Both the position numbers and the translations under genes were made by a program. The notes below the pieces were generated by a model. It worked only from the letters and a program-made list of their open reading frames with translations, ran no database searches and was not told where the DNA came from. Positions 29,090-39,699 of a DNA stretch of 64,000 nucleotides are shown piece after piece. Source of the DNA: Bacilli bacterium (GTDB taxonomy: Bacteria; Bacillota_I; Bacilli_A; RF39; UBA660); assembly GCA_017398945.1 (NCBI GenBank), contig JAFQES010000030.1, positions 28,586 to 92,585 on the forward strand. The letters run 5' to 3'. The stretch's first letter is position 1, and every line of letters begins with the position of its first letter.

Positions 29090-30077
29090 AGACAAAGTAT
29101 TATTAATAACAGGAGGTACAGGTTCATTTGGGAATGCTGTGTTAAATAGATTTTTAGATTCAGATTTGAAAGAAATAAGAATTTTTTCAAGAGATGAAAA
29201 AAAACAAGAAGATATGCGTATCAAATATAAAAATGATAAAATCAAATTTTATATTGGCGATGTTAGAGATTATAGAAGTATAGATGATGCTATGGATGGA
29301 GTTGATTATATTTTCCATGCTGCAGCATTAAAGCAAGTTCCTTCATGTGAATTTTTTCCAGTTCAAGCTGTAAAGACGAATGTTTTAGGAACAGAAAATG
29401 TTTTAGAAGCAGCTATTAACCATGGGGTAAAAAAGGTAATTGTTTTAAGTACTGATAAAGCAGCTTATCCAATTAATGCTATGGGGATGAGTAAAGCGAT
29501 GATGGAAAAAGTTGCTGTAGCTAAAGGTAGGGACTTACCAGAAGGAAAAACAGTTATTTGTCGTACTAGATATGGTAATGTAATGGCTAGTCGTGGTTCA
29601 GTTATTCCTCTATTCTGTGATCAAATTGCTGAAGGAAAACCACTTACAATTACAAATCCAGAAATGACTAGATTTATGATGACTCTAGAAGATGCTGTGG
29701 ATTTAGTAGTTTATGCATTTGAACACGGAGAACAAGGTGATTTATTTGTTCAAAAAGCACCAGCTGCTACAATTGATGTTTTAGCTCAAGCTGTAAAAGA
29801 ATTAAAAAATAGTGATGTACCTATAAATTGTATTGGAACAAGACATGGAGAAAAATTATATGAAGTATTAGTTACTAAAGAAGAAATGGTTAATGCTGTT
29901 GATATGGGTGATTATTATAGAGTTCCAGCCGATAATAGAAATTTAAATTATCAAAAATATACAAATGAAGGTAATGCTGATCTAAATGATATTGAAGAAT
30001 ATAATTCACATAATACAAATAGATTAGATGTTGAAGGAATGAAAACTTTATTAAAAAAACTAGATTTATTTAAATAA
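29082..30077 (+). CDS. fnlA: UDP-N-acetylglucosamine 4,6-dehydratase/5-epimerase (FnlA/CapE/WbjB family)
   Basis: MFKDKVLLITGGTGSFGNAV N-terminus and size are typical of Cap5E/FnlA. Confidence 0.85.
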   Translation: MFKDKVLLITGGTGSFGNAVLNRFLDSDLKEIRIFSRDEKKQEDMRIKYKNDKIKFYIGDVRDYRSIDDAMDGVDYIFHAAALKQVPSCEFFPVQAVKTNVLGTENVLEAAINHGVKKVIVLSTDKAAYPINAMGMSKAMMEKVAVAKGRDLPEGKTVICRTRYGNVMASRGSVIPLFCDQIAEGKPLTITNPEMTRFMMTLEDAVDLVVYAFEHGEQGDLFVQKAPAATIDVLAQAVKELKNSDVPINCIGTRHGEKLYEVLVTKEEMVNAVDMGDYYRVPADNRNLNYQKYTNEGNADLNDIEEYNSHNTNRLDVEGMKTLLKKLDLFK

Positions 30078-30088
30078 TAGAGGTGCAC

Positions 30089-31192
30089 ATGAAAATATTA
30101 ATAACAGGAAGTAAAGGTTTTATAGGAAAAAATTTAGTATCACATTTACAAGAGCAAGAAAATATTGAAATTATTTCTTTTGATGTAGAAGATAATTTTG
30201 AAAAAATAGAAGAAAATATTGATTCAATTGATTTTATTTTTCATCTTGCTGGTGTAAATAGACCGCAAAATCCAGAAGAATTTTATACTGGAAACAGCGA
30301 TCTTACAAAAAGAATAGTTGATTTAATAAAAGATAAAAACATACCTTTTTTAGTTACTTCAAGTATCCAAGCTGTTCGTGATAATGATTACGGTAAAAGT
30401 AAAAAGATTGCTGAAGATTATATAATTGACAATTTAAAAAAATATTATATATATAGATTACATAATGTTTTTGGAAAATGGTGTAAACCAAACTATAACT
30501 CCGTAATAGCAACTTTTTGTTATAATATTGCTCATGATTTAGATATTACTGTTAATGATCCAAGTGCGGAATTAGAACTTATATATATTGATGATATTAT
30601 TTATGAATTTATTAGGGTTTTAAAGGGAATTGACCCAGACGAAAAACAAGATAATTATTGTTATATAAACCCAAGATATAAAGTCACATTAGACTATATA
30701 ACAAAAAAATTATATGAATTTAAAGATAGTATGAATTCAATATATGTTCCTAATACTGGAAATGATTTTATCAAAAAGCTATATGCAACATACGTAAGTT
30801 ATGTTGATACTGATAAAACATTTGTTAAAGCTGTAAAAAATGTAGATGAACGCGGAGCGTTTATAGAATTAATGCGTACATATGAGTGTGGACAATTTTC
30901 AGTATCATTTAGTAAACCTGGAGTTGTAAGAGGAAACCACTATCATCATACTAAAATGGAAAGATTTATTGTAATTAAAGGAAAAGCTAAAATAAGTTTT
31001 AGTAGTGTAATTAATGATGATAAATATTCGTTTATTGTTGATGATAGTGAAATAAAAATTGTTACAATTCCAGTAGGTTATACACATAACATTGAAAATA
31101 TTGGTGATGATGAAATGATTCTAGCTATATGGTGTAATGAATTATTTGATAAAAAACATCCAGATACTTATTTTAAAAAGGTGGAAGAATAA
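30089..31192 (+). CDS. fnlB: UDP-2-acetamido-2,6-dideoxy-hexose reductase (FnlB/CapF family) with a C-terminal cupin
   Basis: MKILITGSKGFIGKNL Rossmann N-terminus. About 368 aa with a cupin-like C-terminus, as in Cap5F. Confidence 0.75.
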   Translation: MKILITGSKGFIGKNLVSHLQEQENIEIISFDVEDNFEKIEENIDSIDFIFHLAGVNRPQNPEEFYTGNSDLTKRIVDLIKDKNIPFLVTSSIQAVRDNDYGKSKKIAEDYIIDNLKKYYIYRLHNVFGKWCKPNYNSVIATFCYNIAHDLDITVNDPSAELELIYIDDIIYEFIRVLKGIDPDEKQDNYCYINPRYKVTLDYITKKLYEFKDSMNSIYVPNTGNDFIKKLYATYVSYVDTDKTFVKAVKNVDERGAFIELMRTYECGQFSVSFSKPGVVRGNHYHHTKMERFIVIKGKAKISFSSVINDDKYSFIVDDSEIKIVTIPVGYTHNIENIGDDEMILAIWCNELFDKKHPDTYFKKVEE

Positions 31193-31203
31193 ATTTTTAG
31201 ATA

Positions 31204-31238
31204 AAGCAACTAATAAATTTGCTATTAGTTGCTTTTTT
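31204..31238 (+). terminator. Rho-independent terminator after fnlB
   Basis: aagcaactaat aaatttgct attagttgctt followed by TTTTTTAT. Confidence 0.6.
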
Positions 31239-31345
31239 ATTGATTTTTATTAACAAAAAAGCCAGTTTCTTTATAAAAATAATATTTTTTATAATATTTA
31301 TATGATATAATTATTTTAGAATGTTTTTATAGTTAGGTGGTAATA

Positions 31346-32470
31346 ATGAATAAATTAAAAGTTATGGTTGTAGTAGGTACTAGACCAGAAATTATTAGAT
31401 TATCAGAAGTTATTAAAGCAGTTGATAAATATTTTGAATTAATTTTAGTTCATACTGGACAAAATTATGATTATACTTTAAATCAAGTGTTTTTTGAAGA
31501 GTTTGGATTAAAAGAACCAGATTATTATTTAGATTCTCCTGGTAAACATTTAGGAGAAACTGTTGGAAATATTATTTCGAAAAGTTATGAAGTTATAAGA
31601 GAAGTTAAACCGGATGCTTTACTTGTATTAGGGGATACTAATAGTTGTTTAGCAGCTTATTCCGCTAAAAGATTAAAAGTACCAATTTTTCACATGGAAG
31701 CAGGTAATAGATGCTTTGATTTTAATGTTCCAGAAGAAATAAATAGAAGAGTAGTTGACCATGTAAGTGATGTTAATTTGGCTTATACAGAAAATGCCAG
31801 AAGATATTTAATTAATGAAGGAATTAAAAATGATTTTCTTTATGTTACTGGATCGCCAATGGCTGAAGTACTTATGAAGAATATGGAAAATATTAATAAA
31901 TCAAAAATCTTAGAAAAATTGAATTTAAAAGAAAATGATTATTTTGTGGTAAGTGCACATAGGGAAGAAAATATCGATATTGATAAAAACTTTGAAAAGT
32001 TGGTTAATAGTTTAAACAAAGTTGCTGAAACTTATGGTAAGAAAATTATTTTCTCGACACATCCAAGAACAGCAAAACGGATCAAAGAAAAAGGCGTTAA
32101 GTTTAATGATTTAATTATTAATATGGAACCTATGGGATTCTTTGATTATGTTAATTTACAAAAAAATGCCTTCTGTGTTTTATCTGATAGTGGGACTATT
32201 CCTGAAGAAAGTGCCGTTTTAAATTTTCCAGGTATTACTTTAAGAAATAGTACAGAAAGACCAGAAGCGTTAGATGCAGGAAGTATGGTTCTAGGCGGAA
32301 TTAATGAAAGAGATGTATTAAATGCAATTGAAATAGCAGTTAATTCTCATGTTGAAGAAAGAGAAAATCCTGTAAAAGATTATAAAGATACTAATGTGTC
32401 TTTAAAAGTAGTTAATATAATTCAAAGCTACTATAATATAATAAATGAAAGAACTTGGAAGAAAAATTAA
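31346..32470 (+). CDS. fnlC: UDP-N-acetylglucosamine 2-epimerase, non-hydrolysing (FnlC/CapG/WecB family)
   Basis: KVMVVVGTRPEIIRLSEVI and HMEAGNR motifs. Confidence 0.85.
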   Translation: MNKLKVMVVVGTRPEIIRLSEVIKAVDKYFELILVHTGQNYDYTLNQVFFEEFGLKEPDYYLDSPGKHLGETVGNIISKSYEVIREVKPDALLVLGDTNSCLAAYSAKRLKVPIFHMEAGNRCFDFNVPEEINRRVVDHVSDVNLAYTENARRYLINEGIKNDFLYVTGSPMAEVLMKNMENINKSKILEKLNLKENDYFVVSAHREENIDIDKNFEKLVNSLNKVAETYGKKIIFSTHPRTAKRIKEKGVKFNDLIINMEPMGFFDYVNLQKNAFCVLSDSGTIPEESAVLNFPGITLRNSTERPEALDAGSMVLGGINERDVLNAIEIAVNSHVEERENPVKDYKDTNVSLKVVNIIQSYYNIINERTWKKN

Positions 32471-32535
32471 TACTATAAATATATATGAAGTTTATATATT
32501 TAATATTTATTTATAGCAATAGGAGTGTATAAGTA

Positions 32536-33507
32536 ATGACAAAGATAAGTGTAATTTCTCCAGTTTATAATGGACAGAAGTACATTAAAAATTTTATTAA
32601 ATCTTTAAAAAATCAAACATTTACGGATTTTGAATTATTATTGATTAACGATGGCTCTACGGATAATACTTATGAAATAGCAAATAAAGAATTGGAAAAA
32701 AGTCAATTAAAATATAAAATAATTAATAAGAAAAATGGAGGACAGTCATCAGCTAGAAATTTAGGGATAAAAAAGGCAAAAGGAGAATATATAGTTCTAT
32801 TAGACTCTGATGATACAATTCAAAAGAAATATTTGGAAAATATGTATCAAATGGCATTGAAGTTCGATTGTAGTGTAGTAATTTGTGATCTTAACAGGGT
32901 AGATGATAGTAATATTTTTGAAGAATCCAATGACGATTTAAAATATGATTTAAAAACTGGTAAAGAGTTTATGGTGGATTTTATAAAACATTATATTGAG
33001 ATTGGGCCTTGTTCTTTGATGATAAGTAATAAATTTATTAAAGAAATCTCTCTCTTTTTTAATGAAAAATCTAGATACAGTGAAGAACATATTTTTATTT
33101 GTCATTTATTACATGAAGCTAAAAATGTAGTTCATTTAAAACAAAAACTTTATAATTATTGTTTAAGATCTGGTTCAGTTAGCACTGGCGCATCGGTTGA
33201 TAAAATTTTAAATGGTTATAATGAAATAATTAATTCAAATATAAAATATAAAAAATGTAATTGTAAGTATTGTAAAGAATATAATAAATTTGCTATGCCT
33301 AGATGGATATTAGCAACGGCAAGGTTTTCTTCAAAAAATATGAGTTATAAATATTACAAAGAATTAATGTTAAAATTAGAATATAAAAGTAATTTAAAAA
33401 AATTGTATGATTTTCCAAGCTTTATAATAAGAATATCTTCAAAATTGTTAAACTTTAATCTTTTTATTGCTTATATGTTTTTTAGATTATGGGGTGGCAA
33501 TAAATGA
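32536..33507 (+). CDS. GT2 family glycosyltransferase
   Basis: ISVISPVYNGQKYI...LLINDGSTDNT...LDSDD (DxD). Confidence 0.8.
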   Translation: MTKISVISPVYNGQKYIKNFIKSLKNQTFTDFELLLINDGSTDNTYEIANKELEKSQLKYKIINKKNGGQSSARNLGIKKAKGEYIVLLDSDDTIQKKYLENMYQMALKFDCSVVICDLNRVDDSNIFEESNDDLKYDLKTGKEFMVDFIKHYIEIGPCSLMISNKFIKEISLFFNEKSRYSEEHIFICHLLHEAKNVVHLKQKLYNYCLRSGSVSTGASVDKILNGYNEIINSNIKYKKCNCKYCKEYNKFAMPRWILATARFSSKNMSYKYYKELMLKLEYKSNLKKLYDFPSFIIRISSKLLNFNLFIAYMFFRLWGGNK

Positions 33508-35966
33508 AAATATTATATATTTGCAATTTTGTAGATAAAAATTATTTTAACGATATTTTTAATAAAGCTTTGGAAAAACCAATTCAAAGTATTCAAAAGT
33601 TTAATGAATTATTTGTTGAAGGTTTACGAAAAAATAAAGATGTAGAAAGTATAAATATATTATCTCATGCTCCAGTTAATAGAAAAATATCTAAAAAATG
33701 TTTCTGGAAAGGTAAATCTTTAGAAGATGGAAATGTTAAATATAGTTATATTCCCTTTATAAACATTAAAATATTAAAACAAATCTGTTTGTTTATAATG
33801 AGTATTTTTTATGTATTATTTTGGAATGTAAAATACATCAATAAAAACAGAACTATTGTAGTGGATGGTTTTGTTCCAGTAATTTCTACAGTTGCTGTAA
33901 TAATTGGTAAAATTTTTAATATAAGGATTATATCTCTTTATACTGATATTGTTAAGTTTGATGCAAATGATACGTTTGTTAAAAAAAATTTTGTGCGAAA
34001 TTTTATTAAAAAGGTAATTAATATAGGAGATGTTATTAATTTAAAGTTTACTGATATGTTCATATTATTAACGTTGCAAATGAATGAAATAATTAATAAA
34101 AATAATAAACCTTTTATTGTTATAGAAGGTTTTGTGGATAGTAAGTTTAACCCTCAAAAAAATGTTGAAAAGAAAAAAGCAATTATGTATGCTGGTGGAT
34201 TATATGAAAAATATGGTGTAAAATTATTAATTGATTCATTTATCGAATGGAACAATTCTGAATATGAATTATGGTTATGTGGTGGTAATGGAGATTTAAT
34301 TGACTATATAAATAGTTTAAATTATAAAAATATTGTATATTATGGAGCTTTACCAAATGATAAAATTGTAGAAATGGAGCAAGCTTCTACTTTGTTAGTT
34401 AATCCTAGATTTAGTAATGAGGAATATACTAAATATTCATTTCCTTCAAAAAATATGGAGTATATGACATCTGGGACACCTGTTTTAACAACTAAGCTTC
34501 CGGGAATGAAAAAAGAATACTATGATTATGTTTATTTGATAGAAGAAGAAACTAAAAATGGATTTATTAGTAAATTTAAGGAAATAACAAAAAAAACAAC
34601 AAAAGAATTGCAAGCATTTGGAAAAAAGAGCCAAGCTTTCGTTTTAAAAGAAAAAAATAATATAATTCAAGCAAAAAAAATTATAGATAAAATAAAAAAA
34701 GTTAAAATAAAAAAGAGAACTGCAAAAGATAAATTAGTGTTTTTTTATATAGCTGTTAGTATTATTTTTTTGTTTCTTTCTATGGCAAATGTTTATGGAT
34801 TATATAAAGTATCTTTAAAAACTTATTTTATTTATATTGTTAGCATAATTTTCTTGATTTTGGGGTTAAAAATTAAATTAAAAGAAAAGCAAATTAATAA
34901 GAAAGATAAAAAAAGTATTATAGATGTAACTATTAAAATGTTTGATTCGGAAATTTTTAGAATAATTATATTGTGTTGTATGTTTATAATAATGGGATAC
35001 TTTCTTAAATATTTATTTATTATAAAAGATTTACCGGCTTCGGAAATTAGAATGGCAGCTTTTGATAAATTATATAGTAATGCATATGATGCTGTATTTT
35101 ACTTATATGTTGTTAATAATATAAATGTTTTATTTACGATATTAATTCCATTATTAATTTTTGATAATTCTTTAAAACATAAACATATAAAATTTAATTT
35201 ATGTGTAATGATTATTTCTTTTATTTTGTTTAGTTTAATTGGATTTGGTAGATTAAATTTTTTGAATATAATATTAGCTTTTCTTTTTGTAGGTTTATAT
35301 TTTGTAAAATTTGAAAATATTTTTAAAAAGAAAAATCTATTGTATTTTATAGCTGGTATTTTATTGATTTTTATTGTATCGATGCTATTTATTTATATTA
35401 GAGTTTTTAGTTCTAATCAATCTAATGGTTTATTTAGTTTAATTAATTATCAAACAAAACAAATTTTTGAATATTTTTTAGGCTCTTTTAGAGCATTGGA
35501 TGTATTTATAAGTAATGGTTTTAATGGGATTTCTAGATATTCTTTTGGTCGCGCAACTTTTGCGGGCATTGATGAAATAGTTTTATATCCAATAAAATTC
35601 TTTGGAGGTGAAGTGTTAAGCTTTAATCAAATTGTTTCACCTTTAACTCAAGAGGGAATAGCGGTGGGTTATAATACACCATATTATAATGCCTTTTATA
35701 CATCAATTATGAATTATTATTTAGATTTTGGATTTTTAGGAGTTTGTTTGTTCTCCTATTTACATGGTTTATTTATAAATTATATATTTAAATTATATAA
35801 TAATCGTGAAACAATCATATCTAAAGTTTTAATTGTTTTGGTATCTATTAATTTGTTTATGGGGATTTTAAAATGGAATTATCAAGCCGGTAATATGACA
35901 TTTTTAATAATATTAATGATATTGTTTGAAAATTTTAGTATTCTTAAAGAAAGGAAAATAAAATGA
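33504..35966 (+). CDS. Fusion protein: N-terminal GT4-like glycosyltransferase plus C-terminal multi-TM Wzy-like polymerase/ligase domain
   Basis: The first roughly 400 aa carry a GT4 C-terminal-domain signature (EYMTSGTPVLTTKLPGM). The last roughly 400 aa form about 10 predicted TM helices with an O-antigen-polymerase-like composition. Confidence 0.65.
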   Translation: MKILYICNFVDKNYFNDIFNKALEKPIQSIQKFNELFVEGLRKNKDVESINILSHAPVNRKISKKCFWKGKSLEDGNVKYSYIPFINIKILKQICLFIMSIFYVLFWNVKYINKNRTIVVDGFVPVISTVAVIIGKIFNIRIISLYTDIVKFDANDTFVKKNFVRNFIKKVINIGDVINLKFTDMFILLTLQMNEIINKNNKPFIVIEGFVDSKFNPQKNVEKKKAIMYAGGLYEKYGVKLLIDSFIEWNNSEYELWLCGGNGDLIDYINSLNYKNIVYYGALPNDKIVEMEQASTLLVNPRFSNEEYTKYSFPSKNMEYMTSGTPVLTTKLPGMKKEYYDYVYLIEEETKNGFISKFKEITKKTTKELQAFGKKSQAFVLKEKNNIIQAKKIIDKIKKVKIKKRTAKDKLVFFYIAVSIIFLFLSMANVYGLYKVSLKTYFIYIVSIIFLILGLKIKLKEKQINKKDKKSIIDVTIKMFDSEIFRIIILCCMFIIMGYFLKYLFIIKDLPASEIRMAAFDKLYSNAYDAVFYLYVVNNINVLFTILIPLLIFDNSLKHKHIKFNLCVMIISFILFSLIGFGRLNFLNIILAFLFVGLYFVKFENIFKKKNLLYFIAGILLIFIVSMLFIYIRVFSSNQSNGLFSLINYQTKQIFEYFLGSFRALDVFISNGFNGISRYSFGRATFAGIDEIVLYPIKFFGGEVLSFNQIVSPLTQEGIAVGYNTPYYNAFYTSIMNYYLDFGFLGVCLFSYLHGLFINYIFKLYNNRETIISKVLIVLVSINLFMGILKWNYQAGNMTFLIILMILFENFSILKERKIK

Positions 35967-37234
35967 GAGTTTTATGGATAGTTAATACAATTTTTAATTA
36001 CCCTGCAAAAAAAATGAAATTAAAACCAACCGTTTTTGGAGGTTGGTTAAATTCATTATTTAATAATTTAAAAAATAGAAAAGAGATTGAAAAGTTAGCT
36101 ATTGCTACAGTTTATAATGGTAGGGAATTAAAAAAATTTGAAGATGGTAACGTTGTATATTATTTGTTACCAGTTAATAACATAAATAAATATGATAAGA
36201 AATTAGAAACTATGTGGTATAAGGTAACAAAAGAATTTTTTCCAGATGTAGTTCATATTCACGGTACTGAATATCCTCATGTTTCTGCTTTTTTAAATTG
36301 TAATTTGAATGTTAAAACTTGTACCTCTATTCAAGGATTGGTTTCTATATATGGTGTAAAAGATACATATAATGCAGGGATTAATGCTAAAGATATGTTA
36401 AAAAGCATTACTATTAGGGATATTCTAAAAAAAGATCTATTATTTTTTCAATATAGAAACTTTATAAAAAAGGGGTTCTTTGAAAAAAGTACTTTACAAA
36501 AGACAAATATTATAATTGGAAGAACTTCGTGGGATAAAGCATATGCTTATAAAATTACTAAAGAAAACAAATATGAATTATGTAATGAGAGTTTAAGAGA
36601 AGTTTTTTATACAAATAATTGGGATATAAATAATATCAATAGACATACGATTTTTGTAAGTCAGGCTACTTATCCTATAAAAGGATTTCATAAAGTTATT
36701 GAAATGTTAAATATTATAAAAGACGAATATCCTGATATATTGATTTATGTTGCTGGTCCTAATATCATTAAAAATGATAGTATTAAAGAGAAACTTAAGA
36801 TGAATGGATATAGTAAATATATTAACAAATTAGTAAAAAAATATAAATTACAAAATAATATTAAATTTGTTGGTTTATTAAATGAACAAGATATGTGTAA
36901 TTATTTGTTGAAGTCGCATGTTTTTTTACAAGCATCTTCAATAGAAAATAGTCCAAACTCATTAGGCGAAGCTATGCTTTTAGGTATGCCTGTTGTAGCA
37001 TCGTATGTTGGTGGAACTGCTGATATGTTATTAGATAAACAAGAAGGTTTATTATATCCCTTTGGAGATTGTGCAATGATGGCGAAATATATAAAGGATA
37101 TTTTTAATGACGATAAATATGCATTGAAATTAGGAAAAAATGCTCAAATGCATGCTAGGATAACACATAATATTATAACTAATGTTAATAAAACTATAGA
37201 AATATATAACAAGTTACAAAAGGAGGAAGAATGA
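35963..37234 (+). CDS. GT4 family glycosyltransferase
   Basis: NSPNSLGEAMLLGMPVVASYVGG GT4 motif. Confidence 0.8.
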   Translation: MRVLWIVNTIFNYPAKKMKLKPTVFGGWLNSLFNNLKNRKEIEKLAIATVYNGRELKKFEDGNVVYYLLPVNNINKYDKKLETMWYKVTKEFFPDVVHIHGTEYPHVSAFLNCNLNVKTCTSIQGLVSIYGVKDTYNAGINAKDMLKSITIRDILKKDLLFFQYRNFIKKGFFEKSTLQKTNIIIGRTSWDKAYAYKITKENKYELCNESLREVFYTNNWDINNINRHTIFVSQATYPIKGFHKVIEMLNIIKDEYPDILIYVAGPNIIKNDSIKEKLKMNGYSKYINKLVKKYKLQNNIKFVGLLNEQDMCNYLLKSHVFLQASSIENSPNSLGEAMLLGMPVVASYVGGTADMLLDKQEGLLYPFGDCAMMAKYIKDIFNDDKYALKLGKNAQMHARITHNIITNVNKTIEIYNKLQKEEE

Positions 37235-38397
37235 AGATAACGTTTTTTTCAAATTTTTTAAACCATCATCAATTGCCATTTTGTATGGAAATGGTGGGTA
37301 AATTGGGTTCTAACTTTAAATTTGTTGTAACTGAAAAGATTCCTGAAGAAAGAATTAAATTAGGTTACGATGATATGAATAATGCTTATGATTTTGTTGT
37401 AAGAAGTTATGAAGATGAAAAAGAAGCTTTTCGTTTGGGGTTAGAAAGTGATGTTGTAATAATTGGAAGTGCTCCTTCAAAATATATAAAAAAAAGATTA
37501 AAATATAAAAAGCTAACCTTTAGATATTCAGAAAGAATATTTAAAAGAGGTTTTAATATCAGAACTTGGTTATCTTTAATAAAAAACTATACTTTTAAGG
37601 AAAGAAAAAATGTTTATTTATTATGTTCAAGTGCTTATGCGGCTCATGATTATAATTGTGCTTTTGCGTTTAGAAATAGAACTTTAAAATGGGGTTACTT
37701 TCCTAAAAGTTATGAGTATGATATAGAAAAATTAATTGCAAAAAAAGAAAAAAATAAAGTTGTAGAAATATTATGGGTTGGAAGATTAGTTAACTATAAA
37801 CATCCAGAATATGCAATTGAGGTTGCTAAACGTTTAAAAGATGATAATATAAGATTTAAAATGAATATTATTGGAACAGGAAATTTAGAAAATAAATTAA
37901 GAGAATATATCAAAGATAATGAATTAGAAAATGAAGTATATTTATTGGGTGCTGTTAATAATAAATTAGTAAGATCTTATATGGAAAGTGCAAATATATA
38001 TTTATTTACAAGTGACTATGAAGAGGGATGGGGAGCTGTTTTAAATGAGGCTATGAATAGTGCTTGTGCTGTAGTAGCTTGCCATGCAATTGGAGCAGTG
38101 CCTTTTATGGTTAGACATAATCAAAATGCATTAATATATAAAAATGGTTCAAAGGAAGAATTGTTTTCTTATACTAAAGAGTTAATTACAAATTCAAAAA
38201 AAAGAACTAAAATAGCAAAAAAAGCTTACAATACCATAAATGATGATTGGAATGCATCTGTTGCCTCCAATAGGTTATTAGAAATTATTAATGATTTTAA
38301 ACGATTAAATAAATTTAAAGATGGTCCTTGTTCAATAGCAAAAAATATTAGTCAAAATAAAATGTATGATTGGATTATGAGTAATGAGAATGGTTAA
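37231..38397 (+). CDS. GT4 family glycosyltransferase
   Basis: EEGWGAVLNEAMNSACAVVACHAIG GT4 motif. Confidence 0.8.
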   Translation: MKITFFSNFLNHHQLPFCMEMVGKLGSNFKFVVTEKIPEERIKLGYDDMNNAYDFVVRSYEDEKEAFRLGLESDVVIIGSAPSKYIKKRLKYKKLTFRYSERIFKRGFNIRTWLSLIKNYTFKERKNVYLLCSSAYAAHDYNCAFAFRNRTLKWGYFPKSYEYDIEKLIAKKEKNKVVEILWVGRLVNYKHPEYAIEVAKRLKDDNIRFKMNIIGTGNLENKLREYIKDNELENEVYLLGAVNNKLVRSYMESANIYLFTSDYEEGWGAVLNEAMNSACAVVACHAIGAVPFMVRHNQNALIYKNGSKEELFSYTKELITNSKKRTKIAKKAYNTINDDWNASVASNRLLEIINDFKRLNKFKDGPCSIAKNISQNKMYDWIMSNENG

Positions 38398-39697
38398 AAG
38401 TATAATAGAAAGATTTAAAAATTCAAAAATAATTAAAAACTCAATATGGATGATTTTGGCAACTATAGTACAAATGGTTATATCATTATTTATAAATATT
38501 TTTGTAGCAAGGTATTTAGGAGTTAATAATTATGGAATTTTAAATTATGGATTATCATTTGTAAACTTTTTCTTGGCAATATGCAATTTGGGTTTAAATA
38601 CAATTGTAATAAAGTATTTGATTGATGAAAAAAATAATCATGGCGAAATTTTGGGAACATGTATATTATTGAGATTCTTTGCTGGCTTAATATCTATGTT
38701 ATTAATCTTTTTAATAGTTTTTATTTTAAAAGGAAATGATAAATTAATAATATATACTACTGTCCTTCAATCTATATCGTTAATATTTGATTCTTTTTCG
38801 ACAATAAGTTTATGGTATCAACATAGATTAGAATCAAAATTTATTGCGATTATAACTTTTTTTGCTTATATATGTATGGCTTTGTATAAAGTTTACTTAT
38901 TAATTGCTAAAAAGAATCTGTTATGGTTTGCTGTATCACACTGTGTATCTGGTTTAGTTACAAGTATTCTATTATTTTTATTATATAACTATCATAAAGG
39001 GCCAAAGTTTAAATTCTCTTTAAAAAAAGGCCTTAAAATGCTAAGACAAAGCTATCATTTTATTATTTCTAGTTTGATGGTTGCTGTTTATGCTCAAATA
39101 GATAAAATAATGATAGGAAGTATGATCAATGATATATCTGCAGTAGGTTATTATTCAGTAGCTACTACTATAGTTTCACTATGGTCATTTTTGCCAACTG
39201 CAGTTAATCATTCTTTTCAACCAGTAATTTTAGAAGCCAAAAATAAAAATGAAAATGATTATCAAAATAAAATGAAACAATTATATTCAATAATAATATG
39301 GTTATCTATTGCATATACTATATTTATTTTAATATTTGGTAGACTACTTATTATAATTTTATATGGAAAAGAATATTTAGCTGGATTATCGGCTTTAAAA
39401 ATTTGTATATTTGGTGTAACTTTTTCTTTTATAGGCGTAGTTAGAGAATTTTGGTTAATATGTGAAAATAAACAAAAATATGCAAAATGGTTTGCGCTTA
39501 TTGGAGTTGTTACGAACATAGTGATTAATGCAATTTTAATACCTTATTTTGGTATTAATGGTGCTGCAATTGCGACGGCATTAACACAATTTATGACGGG
39601 CATTATTGCATCATTAATTTTTAAAGATACCAGAGATTCTTTCTATCATGTAATGTGTGGTTTAACATTTAACTTTAAAAGCCAAAAACAACTTTAG
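38384..39697 (+). CDS. wzx: Polysaccharide flippase (Wzx / MOP superfamily)
   Basis: About 12 TM helices and a polysaccharide-biosynthesis-protein architecture. Confidence 0.8.
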   Translation: MRMVKSIIERFKNSKIIKNSIWMILATIVQMVISLFINIFVARYLGVNNYGILNYGLSFVNFFLAICNLGLNTIVIKYLIDEKNNHGEILGTCILLRFFAGLISMLLIFLIVFILKGNDKLIIYTTVLQSISLIFDSFSTISLWYQHRLESKFIAIITFFAYICMALYKVYLLIAKKNLLWFAVSHCVSGLVTSILLFLLYNYHKGPKFKFSLKKGLKMLRQSYHFIISSLMVAVYAQIDKIMIGSMINDISAVGYYSVATTIVSLWSFLPTAVNHSFQPVILEAKNKNENDYQNKMKQLYSIIIWLSIAYTIFILIFGRLLIIILYGKEYLAGLSALKICIFGVTFSFIGVVREFWLICENKQKYAKWFALIGVVTNIVINAILIPYFGINGAAIATALTQFMTGIIASLIFKDTRDSFYHVMCGLTFNFKSQKQL

Positions 39698-39699
39698 TT

